IMG/VR virus record: IMGVR_UViG_3300009701_000005
Location: 1 to 64,000 of that record
Direction: 5' to 3' (one strand)
Origin: a virus
Lineage: Duplodnaviria > Caudoviricetes
Length of the DNA stretch: 64,000 nt
The notes under the pieces were generated by a model, which saw only the letters and a program-made list of their open reading frames with translations, was not told the origin of the DNA and ran no database searches. Made by a program: the position numbers and the translations under genes. This document shows, piece after piece, positions 26,102-33,080 of this stretch (positions are counted from its first letter, which is position 1; the number at the start of each line of letters is the position of its first letter).

Positions 26102-27026
26102 AATTCGTTTCCTCATGGCCGCGGCAGTTCTTTTCACAACACTTTTGGCAGGATGTACTCAGCCAAAAGCCGTTGATGAAATCAAGATCATCGGCCCTTC
26201 TGACACAGCCTTTCTGGTTGCTTTGGATGGCGACACGCTGAAGAACCAAAACAGCATGAAGTCCGCTGAGTTCCTGGAATCGGCCAAGATCAGTGCAAAA
26301 CGCGTTTTGATCCCTCACAAGATCATCAACACTTGCCCTGACTGTAACGCATGGGATTACAGCCATTACCTGGACGTTCCAACTGCTCAATTGTTCACAG
26401 TTAGCCGTGCCCCAGTGGCAAGGTCTTGGACAAGTTCAGCAACGACAGGCACAAGTGTAAAGAACGAAGCTTTCTCGGTTGAATCCAATGAATCCATCGA
26501 TTTTGATATCGGTGCAACAATTATCGCTCACGTAGCAGAAGCTGACACGGCAAAGTTCCTATACTTGCATTCGGGAAGTCAACTGGAAACAGTGATCGAC
26601 GGTCAAGTGCGTAACTACGTTTCGTCAATCTTGTCCCGTGAAATGGGCTCCCATAACATTGACTGGGATCGTCAAAATAAGAATGCTGTGTTCACTACGG
26701 CTTTCAACGAAACCAAGACCTTCTTTGCAGCACAAGGCATTACAATTGACAGCCTTGGTTTTACTGAAGGCATGACTTACCATGACGCGGCAATTCAAAA
26801 AGCCATCAATGCTAAGTTTGCTGCTGACATGAACGTGCAAATTGCAGAAAAGACTCTGGAAGCGGCCAATCAATACGCCCAGGCCAAAGACGCAGTTAAG
26901 GTTCAGCAAGATATCGAGAATCGTAAGCGTGAACTCGATTTACAAGCAGCGGCTATTGCCCGTTGGGATGGAAAATTGCCGACTACCAATGCAACAAGTT
27001 CATTACCATTCTTGAACTTGAAGTAA
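26088..27026 (+). CDS. SPFH/Band 7 domain lipoprotein
   Basis: Lipobox LAGC, SPFH-like core (GITIDSLGF), coiled-coil, RWDGKLP tail. Confidence 0.7.
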   Translation: MKISKIRFLMAAAVLFTTLLAGCTQPKAVDEIKIIGPSDTAFLVALDGDTLKNQNSMKSAEFLESAKISAKRVLIPHKIINTCPDCNAWDYSHYLDVPTAQLFTVSRAPVARSWTSSATTGTSVKNEAFSVESNESIDFDIGATIIAHVAEADTAKFLYLHSGSQLETVIDGQVRNYVSSILSREMGSHNIDWDRQNKNAVFTTAFNETKTFFAAQGITIDSLGFTEGMTYHDAAIQKAINAKFAADMNVQIAEKTLEAANQYAQAKDAVKVQQDIENRKRELDLQAAAIARWDGKLPTTNATSSLPFLNLK

Positions 27027-27073
27027 ATGTAGTTCGTTCAGCTAATCAACTAACAACCAAAGCGAGGTCCTTT

Positions 27074-27280
27074 ATGCTTAGGAAAAGGCCCAGGTTTAAA
27101 AGTAGGTCTGGCACCGAGGGGCGCTCTAGATCAAGATCTGGAAAATTTTTTGGAAGAACCTATAACGGCAGCACGTCTAAAGATATCAGCATTTCTTCTT
27201 CGGGATGGAGCGTTGCCGGCTGGGGACGTTTTGTAAGTCATAGCGGTGCCCCCAGTAACACTTATTCCTCATCGGGGTAA
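27074..27280 (+). CDS. Ser/Arg/Gly-rich peptide 1
   Basis: gaggt SD; MLRKRPRFKSRSGTEGRSRSRSG...SSSG. Confidence 0.65.
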   Translation: MLRKRPRFKSRSGTEGRSRSRSGKFFGRTYNGSTSKDISISSSGWSVAGWGRFVSHSGAPSNTYSSSG

Positions 27281-27285
27281 CGGAT

Positions 27286-27498
27286 ATGACCGTGTCTAGA
27301 TATAGGCGAAACTACGTACGAAAATCCAAATCTGGTATGTGGAATAGGACGTATTCCATCTCCAGTATTATATGGAAAACGGTTAGTGGGGGACCACGAG
27401 GGCACGGTACCTCAACTTCGAATTTCTTCACTTACACCACTTCAGGGCGATACTCTCGAGGGATGTCCTTTCTGAGATCTGGAGATAATGCACTATGA
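27286..27498 (+). CDS. Ser/Arg/Gly-rich peptide 2
   Basis: RKSKSG, SISS, TTSGRYSRG. Confidence 0.65.
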   Translation: MTVSRYRRNYVRKSKSGMWNRTYSISSIIWKTVSGGPRGHGTSTSNFFTYTTSGRYSRGMSFLRSGDNAL

Positions 27499-27725
27499 TT
27501 CCTAAACACAGAAGAGATTACGCCAAGAGTCAATCTGGGGTCAGAACTTACAATATAGGCTATCAATATACCTTGGCAGGTTCTGGAATGCTCATGAGGA
27601 TGAGGTCAGAATCTGGTGAAAAACTCCCCGGGCGCATAGCGTGTCGTTATGTGTCAAGATCCGGGAGCCGCAGTAAGCACCTCACTCTTTCAGGTACATT
27701 TGATCAATTTGTTTCCTGGAGGTAG
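27495..27725 (+). CDS. Ser/Arg/Gly-rich peptide 3
   Basis: ATGA overlap; KSQSG, RSESG, SRSGSRS. Confidence 0.65.
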   Translation: MIPKHRRDYAKSQSGVRTYNIGYQYTLAGSGMLMRMRSESGEKLPGRIACRYVSRSGSRSKHLTLSGTFDQFVSWR

Positions 27726-27730
27726 CGGAC

Positions 27731-27964
27731 ATGCTAAACAGATTTAGAAAAATGCATGGCCTAAATAGAACCTTGAGCGGGCAGAGATCGAAAAAGTATT
27801 CCAAATCTGGTGGACTTTCCAAATACATTTCCAGTAGCGGAAAACCTACCTCCTTTAATTCCCTGTCAGGCCTCATCAATAAAGCAGTATCTAGGTCCGG
27901 CGAAATCAGGGATAGGTACTACTCTTATTGTGGAAGACTAGGCCACGTTAAACAAGTTCAATAA
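27731..27964 (+). CDS. Ser/Arg/Gly-rich peptide 4
   Basis: ggaggt SD; TLSG, SKSG, SSSG, SLSG, SRSG. Confidence 0.65.
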   Translation: MLNRFRKMHGLNRTLSGQRSKKYSKSGGLSKYISSSGKPTSFNSLSGLINKAVSRSGEIRDRYYSYCGRLGHVKQVQ

Positions 27965-27973
27965 GGATTTTCC

Positions 27974-28147
27974 ATGTTGAATAAGATTCAAAGTACGCGT
28001 AGTAGAGGCCGATCTTGTATTCATCCTCAGCCCAGGGGAATTAGTAACAAATCATTATCTGGGCAAGGCAATGCAGCCGTATCCCGCAGAGGATTAATAC
28101 CTACAAAAGGATATTCTTTTGGGTATCTATCCCTCTCGGGGGGCTAA
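27974..28147 (+). CDS. Ser/Arg/Gly-rich peptide 5 (57 aa, absent from ORF track)
   Basis: aagga SD; MLNKIQSTRSRGRS...SLSG...SLSGG. Confidence 0.6.
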   Translation: MLNKIQSTRSRGRSCIHPQPRGISNKSLSGQGNAAVSRRGLIPTKGYSFGYLSLSGG

Positions 28148-28266
28148 TTATAGAGCGGCCTCAATGTCAGGCCCAAGAAGTTTTACAAATTCCCGTTTAT
28201 AGTATTTCTAGCAGTCCCAACCGGGCAAATGCCCTTCTCTAACCTAAATTAAATTGGAGCAATACC

Positions 28267-28578
28267 ATGTTGAAAGCACCTCCTCAAGCACAAGTCATTG
28301 ATGTTCCTAACGAAGGCTACATCAAATTTCTCAACAAGCAAGTCGAAATTCGTTGCAATGTCTACATTTACACCGGCATTCTGACGGGTGTAAATGAAAA
28401 GATTCTCGAGTTGGAAAACCCTGCAATCGTATACGAAACTGGCCCTCACGGCGACTCCAAGTACAAGGATGTGCAAGGCATTCCAGGGCCAACGTTCATC
28501 AATATGGGCTTGATCGAATCGGCTAGTTTGTCGTTTAAGACCTACGAGCCATTCAAGGCCAAGCCCGTTGCTCTGTAA
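28267..28578 (+). CDS. Sm/LSm-fold protein
   Basis: FLNKQVEIRCNVYIYTGILTGVNEKILELEN matches Sm1-motif pattern; ggag SD. Confidence 0.6.
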   Translation: MLKAPPQAQVIDVPNEGYIKFLNKQVEIRCNVYIYTGILTGVNEKILELENPAIVYETGPHGDSKYKDVQGIPGPTFINMGLIESASLSFKTYEPFKAKPVAL

Positions 28579-28581
28579 CAT

Positions 28582-28806
28582 ATGGCCATGTTAACCAAAC
28601 GAGCTACGTTGCTAATGTGGAGGTCCTTTTCTGGAATTCACTCTAAGAAATTTAGTGAGACAGAGGGTAAGCTAGGTAGATGTGCGCACTCTACCTCTGG
28701 TCAAGGGGACATATATACCTCTCATACGCGTAAATCTGTTAGCGGCGGGACCCCCTCCACCTACCCAAGGGTTGGCGCAGCTTGGTCTAGTAGACGTAGA
28801 GGATAA
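28582..28806 (+). CDS. Ser/Arg/Gly-rich peptide 6
   Basis: RSFSG, STSG, SVSGG, WSSRRRG. Confidence 0.6.
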   Translation: MAMLTKRATLLMWRSFSGIHSKKFSETEGKLGRCAHSTSGQGDIYTSHTRKSVSGGTPSTYPRVGAAWSSRRRG

Positions 28807-28823
28807 TAAAGAAAGGTAGTAAA

Positions 28824-29042
28824 ATGGGTCAAGCAAATCAACGGGGGACGCCCGAACAACGTCGAAACTTGGCAATTGCCAAGAAGGCTGAGGCACCTGC
28901 TAGCATTCCTCCTGCCACAGTTCGTCACTTGAAGGCACAAGAAATTGCCAGTTGGAATTTGGCAGTGGATAAGAAGAAGCAGGCCAAGGCAAGTCTTCAA
29001 ATCGGCAGTAATATTGCCAAGAAAAAACCAGCATTATCGTAG
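28824..29042 (+). CDS. Basic hypothetical protein (MGQANQRGT)
   Basis: aaggt SD. Confidence 0.7.
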   Translation: MGQANQRGTPEQRRNLAIAKKAEAPASIPPATVRHLKAQEIASWNLAVDKKKQAKASLQIGSNIAKKKPALS

Positions 29043-29069
29043 TAACAACTAACCCATAATGGAGTAAGT

Positions 29070-29402
29070 ATGACGGACACAAGGAAGTTTTGGGCAATCT
29101 CTAATACAGCAATCGTTGCTGGCGTAAAAACCGAACTCAAAATTCAACGGAAGGGATTGAACTCGGCCGCGGGCGTTGACGAAACAAAGACGTCACCGGA
29201 CCAATGGCCTTACCGAGTCATTAAAGGCCCTGACCATCCGAGTATCAAGCCTTTCTTTCGGGAAATTGTAATTCACTCTCTGTTCCGTGTGGGAAAGAAG
29301 GTGTTCAAGAAGCTGAACGTTTTTGAAGCTGTAGATACCAATCCAGAGGGCCTCCCGATACCACAACGTTTTGAAGCAGAAGATCAGTTTCAATTGGCGT
29401 AA
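29070..29402 (+). CDS. Hypothetical protein
   Basis: ggag SD. Confidence 0.7.
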   Translation: MTDTRKFWAISNTAIVAGVKTELKIQRKGLNSAAGVDETKTSPDQWPYRVIKGPDHPSIKPFFREIVIHSLFRVGKKVFKKLNVFEAVDTNPEGLPIPQRFEAEDQFQLA

Positions 29403-29413
29403 ATTGAAGTAAA

Positions 29414-29488
29414 GGGAACGTGATGGAATTGGTAGACATGCCGGGGTTGTACTCGGCCTTACAGGTTCGAAGCCTGTCGTTCCCTCCA
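29414..29488 (+). tRNA. tRNA-like element with 6-nt anticodon loop (isotype undetermined), CCA encoded
   Basis: Acceptor GGGAACG/CGTTCCC, D arm ATG-GAATTGGTAGA-CAT, stem CCGGG/CTCGG around GTTGTA, T arm ACAGG-TTCGAAG-CCTGT. Confidence 0.7.
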
Positions 29489-29491
29489 GAT

Positions 29492-29521
29492 TTCAATTTT
29501 TGTAATTGTAATTGGTATAAG
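29492..29521 (+). promoter_or_regulatory. Phage promoter TTCAAT-N18-TATAAG
   Basis: Recurring motif; precedes long non-coding region. Confidence 0.75.
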
Positions 29522-29526
29522 AGTTT

Positions 29527-30049
29527 TGTAGAGTAGGTAGCTTATTGTTACCGATATCTACATGTAGAAAAGAGATCATCCCCTCTCTATTTCTACCCTT
29601 TGTGAAGTACAGGCAATTCACAAATGTAAAGTCGGGTTACCGACTGCCAGATTTCTCAGTTCTTAAATGAACAAAGCTCAGGTGCATTCGGCATAGAGTT
29701 TAGAGAAGTCTACTGTTGATGACATGGTAGTTCATCCTACAGTCCCTTTAAATCGCCGCGCACGACCCTTGGCAGATAACATCGCAGCAGTAGGGTCACC
29801 CTCTACGTTCTACAGTTCGTAGAGATTTTCTTAAGTCCACACATAACCCTGACGAGGGAGTTGAGATGCTGCCTTTCACCTAGCTACTTAATTGAATAGA
29901 GCCACTGGGGGCTCTTAAATAGCACCAGATTTATGATCGCAAGAGGATCTGTTCGGCACTTCGGTGGCAGATTAACAGTTGATGGAAATCGTTCCTCAGC
30001 TAATTTGGACTCAGGGGTTGATGCCAGAAATGGAATACACATCAACCCT
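29527..30049 (+). ncRNA. Candidate large structured ncRNA (~520 nt)
   Basis: No ORF of 60 aa or more; at least five clean hairpins; promoter upstream; flanked by tRNA-like genes. Confidence 0.55.
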
Positions 30050-30070
30050 TGTTTTATGTAGAGGACTTAA

Positions 30071-30147
30071 CACCACAGTATCTCAACGGGCTTCTACCCC
30101 GTAGCCGAGTAATTGGATCAATGGGAGTTCGAGTCTCTCCTGTGGTG
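30071..30147 (+). tRNA. D-armless tRNA-Arg(TCT)-like element with long variable arm
   Basis: CACCACAG/CTGTGGTG, anticodon arm ACGGG-CTTCTAC-CCCGT, T arm GGGAG-TTCGAGT-CTCTC; only 7 nt where D arm should be. Confidence 0.6.
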
Positions 30148-30189
30148 CTAAGTTTTTTATAATCCTTCTTCTAATATTCCGAGAGTAAA

Positions 30190-30957
30190 ATGGCTAAACT
30201 TCACGAACTCCTAGCAGCAGAAAAAACAGTTCTGGCTCAATCCGCTAAACTGTTCACAGAAACGACGGCTAAACTTGGTAAGTCTCACTTTTGGGAAGGG
30301 TTCAACAAGACCCTGACTCTGGTGGCCGACAGCCCGACCAAGGCTGCAATTGAAGAAGCGGCAAAAGAAGTTAAACTCCTGCCTACAAATGTTGCAGATA
30401 CTTTGGCGTATTTCGTCAACTTTTGGTCAAAATCAGAAGACCTGCTGTTTTCCAAAAATGTCAGCAATCAGTTTGCAAAAGCTGATATAATTGTTAACGG
30501 AATCGTTTTGGTCACGGATGTTCCCGTTGACGAGTTGATGGGTCTTGAGCATCGCCTGGAAGGTTTGCGTCAAATGTTGGCACAAATGCCGACTCTGGAT
30601 GCAAGTAAGACTTGGAGCAAGGCCGAAGACCTGGGGCCTAATATTTGGCGCTCAGAGCCTGAAGTAACAATCAAGACTGACAAGACAGTGGACGCGGTAG
30701 TATTGTATCCAGCAACTGACAAATTCCCTGCCCAGGTGAAGGAATTCAGCAAGGATATTACCATCGGATCTTTTAAGTTGATCCGTACCTCTGGCGCGGT
30801 TACCTCGGTTGCTAAATCAGACATATTGAGCAATGTTGACAACCTCATCATGGAAGTCAAAAAAGCGCGTACAAGAGCGAATGACATTGAAGCAAAATCC
30901 CGTCAAATCGGCAAGACTTTGATGGATTTCATCCTTGCACCGTTGTCTGCGGAGTAA
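30190..30957 (+). CDS. Conserved-looking hypothetical protein (MAKLHELLAAE), helical/coiled-coil
   Basis: 255-aa ORF directly upstream of permuted tRNA-like RNA. Confidence 0.8.
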   Translation: MAKLHELLAAEKTVLAQSAKLFTETTAKLGKSHFWEGFNKTLTLVADSPTKAAIEEAAKEVKLLPTNVADTLAYFVNFWSKSEDLLFSKNVSNQFAKADIIVNGIVLVTDVPVDELMGLEHRLEGLRQMLAQMPTLDASKTWSKAEDLGPNIWRSEPEVTIKTDKTVDAVVLYPATDKFPAQVKEFSKDITIGSFKLIRTSGAVTSVAKSDILSNVDNLIMEVKKARTRANDIEAKSRQIGKTLMDFILAPLSAE

Positions 30958-31024
30958 AGAATTGGGTTAGTACAAGTTAGTGGTGCGTCATTGTAGTTGT
31001 AATCCCTGATTAACAATAACTAGT

Positions 31025-31200
31025 TGAATTTGCGCAAGCGTATTGGTTCGAATCCAGTCTTCCCGATTGAAAACACAAGATCTGAAAATATGTATACGGC
31101 CCTTGGGTCCGCCGTTTTAAATTCAGATTTGAGAGAAAAGGCCCTGCTCTTTCAGGTGCTTTCAATCGGGAAGTGCCGAAATTGGTAGACGGAAAATTCA
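31025..31200 (+). ncRNA. Circularly permuted type II tRNA-like module 1
   Basis: Order: anticodon 3' strand, V arm, T arm, acceptor 3', insert, acceptor 5', D arm, anticodon 5' strand; all stems pair. Confidence 0.8.
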
Positions 31201-31302
31201 TATACTATTTTGAAGATCAGGCTTTATTATCATCGTTATCGTATTGCCACTATTCGTTGATAATAAGGGTCCTGCATATCGTGTTCGGAGTATATTAAAA
31301 AA

Positions 31303-31433
31303 TCAATGGGTCTCCAGTTCGAATCTGGAACGCCCTTTTAGACCTCCAGACCTTTAACACGCATTACACAAGTTAAAGGGTAATATTTTGCTAGGGGTCT
31401 AAGAGGGCGGTAGCTCAGGGGTAGAGCAATTGA
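31303..31433 (+). ncRNA. Circularly permuted type I tRNA-like module 2
   Basis: TCAAT-GGGTC-TCCAG/TTCGAAT/CTGGA-ACGCCCT...AGGGCGG-TA-GCTC/GAGC-A-ATTGA. Confidence 0.8.
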
Positions 31434-31545
31434 CTATAGTCATCATTATTAAATACTGGTGAAACACGAATGTGGGATGTGTCGAAAGCACGAAGAAGCC
31501 CAGACTAGTCAGGTATGACGGCCTGGGTTCTTTCATTCAAACGCA

Positions 31546-31673
31546 AGGTTAGGCTTCTTATAGTACCTGCTTCATGCACAGAGTCGCAAGAGACAAGTGC
31601 AGTCATGCGTCAACATGGCAAAGGGCCTTTGACGGGGTCTTGATCGAAGCAGGTACTATAAGAGGCAAAACCT
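31546..31673 (+). ncRNA. Long-stem structured element (21-bp inverted repeat around a branched core)
   Basis: 31553-31573 pairs with 31646-31666 (one G-U); outer AGGTT/AACCT. Confidence 0.6.
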
Positions 31674-31694
31674 AATTTTCAATTGGGGAATCCA

Positions 31695-32015
31695 ATGAAT
31701 TACATGACAAACTTTAAACGTATTCTTATTTTTTTAGTAACTTTAACCGTTGCTAGTTGTGCAATGGAACCCCAACCAGCTTTTGCTATTACCGGTAACT
31801 GGTACTCTGAGCCCGGTTATAAATTTGTACCTTATTGTAATGTCCGTTTAGGAGATACCGATCTTATCAATACTAACCAGATTGTTGGTATAAGCATTGT
31901 GAAAACGACTGTTATAATATCGTTGAAAGACCGGGCTCATACAATAATATTCAAGAATCAACAAAAAGCCTTTGAATGGGTGCAGGAATTGTTAGATGGA
32001 AAGAAATGTACCTAA
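31695..32015 (+). CDS. Secreted/membrane hypothetical protein
   Basis: N-terminal hydrophobic signal. Confidence 0.6.
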   Translation: MNYMTNFKRILIFLVTLTVASCAMEPQPAFAITGNWYSEPGYKFVPYCNVRLGDTDLINTNQIVGISIVKTTVIISLKDRAHTIIFKNQQKAFEWVQELLDGKKCT

Positions 32016-32184
32016 GCCGAAATGCACCAAACTCCACTTGATCCTAGTAAGTAAAGGGTCTAGTGGAAGTTCTGGTAGGCATCTTACTATCAAAAGTAAG
32101 CACAAGATTAAGAAGATAATGAAGCAGTTACATAAAAAGGGGTTTTACGAAGTATAAACTACTTCGTAATTTTTAGGGTAGAAA

Positions 32185-32739
32185 ATGACAATACTAACTA
32201 TAGATGAACAAGTCCAATTCACTACAGAATGGTGGACTAAGCTCTGTAAAGACGATGAGAAAATGGTTAAATGGCTGCAGAAACTATACCATACAGAGCT
32301 TGATGGATTTGTAGATTGGGGCGGTTTAGAAGACGCCTTTAGTTACCAAATTACAGATAGGACTAGAGCCATTCTCACTAACATCGCTAATGATGAACTA
32401 AAGCATAGCGGTATCATAAAGGAATTATTGTATGATAGAGGCTATTCCACTATTGACAATGTGCCTAAGAGTCAGTACTGGGACCAAATGAATACTAACA
32501 TAGTAGATTTAAATACTGCATGTGCAGTAAATTACTATGGAGAAGCCCTCGCCGCCTTTAGGTTCGAAGTATTAGTGGAACATCCAGATACTCCTAGAGA
32601 TATTAAGAATGCTTTGGAAATCATTCTTCCTGATGAGCAGTTTCATAGAGAGACTTTGAAACGATTGGCTGGAAATGAAGCACTTGCTAAACTACGAGAA
32701 AAACATGATCAAGCGATGGCTAATCTACGTAGAAATTAA
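32185..32739 (+). CDS. Ferritin-like di-iron protein
   Basis: Two ExxH motifs (DELKH, DEQFH) in four-helix spacing. Confidence 0.7.
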   Translation: MTILTIDEQVQFTTEWWTKLCKDDEKMVKWLQKLYHTELDGFVDWGGLEDAFSYQITDRTRAILTNIANDELKHSGIIKELLYDRGYSTIDNVPKSQYWDQMNTNIVDLNTACAVNYYGEALAAFRFEVLVEHPDTPRDIKNALEIILPDEQFHRETLKRLAGNEALAKLREKHDQAMANLRRN

Positions 32740-32756
32740 CATAAAAGAACTAGAAA

Positions 32757-33080
32757 ATGCATAAAGAATTTATCCACATTGGAACAGTAGAAGATCAAGC
32801 AATTGAAGAGGCTGCTGAACTTATTTTAGCTATTCAAAAAGCCAAACGCTTTGGTTGGTATAGCCGTTATAAAGAAGAAGACCTGCTCAATTATCAACAG
32901 GTATTGAATGAGTTGAATGATTGTAAGGTAAAATTTGAACGGTTACAACAATACCTTTTGACGACAATTCAAGGGTCGGGTTTAGAATATACGACCAATA
33001 CTGGAACAGCCGTAGATCCAAATCAAAAAGAATTAGCTACAGAAACTATTTTGAAGATTGAAGGGAGTTTGTATGAGTAA
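32757..33080 (+). CDS. MazG-like NTP pyrophosphohydrolase
   Basis: AIEEAAELILAIQKAKRFG...ELND. Confidence 0.65.
   Translation: MHKEFIHIGTVEDQAIEEAAELILAIQKAKRFGWYSRYKEEDLLNYQQVLNELNDCKVKFERLQQYLLTTIQGSGLEYTTNTGTAVDPNQKELATETILKIEGSLYE

Noticed and set aside
27074-28806. CRISPR array or DNA tandem repeat
   Set aside because: No repeated nucleotide unit; the similarity is only at peptide-composition level.
29527-30049. tmRNA, RNase P RNA or group II intron
   Set aside because: Lacks the tmRNA 5' end and T-arm/CCA, the GAGGAAAGUCC motif and domain V.
9159-30147. UGA suppressor tRNA (TCA anticodon)
   Set aside because: Readable anticodons are GTA, TCC, CAT, TAA and TCT only.
31167-31336. Single intron-containing tRNA joining D arm 1 to T arm 2
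   Set aside because: Acceptor strands CGGGAAG and ACGCCCT do not pair; each pairs with its permuted partner.
31025-31433. Two-piece tmRNA
   Set aside because: No G3-U70 pair, no CCA, full D arms, and no convincing tag reading frame.
31546-31673. Retron msr/msd
   Set aside because: No reverse transcriptase in the window.
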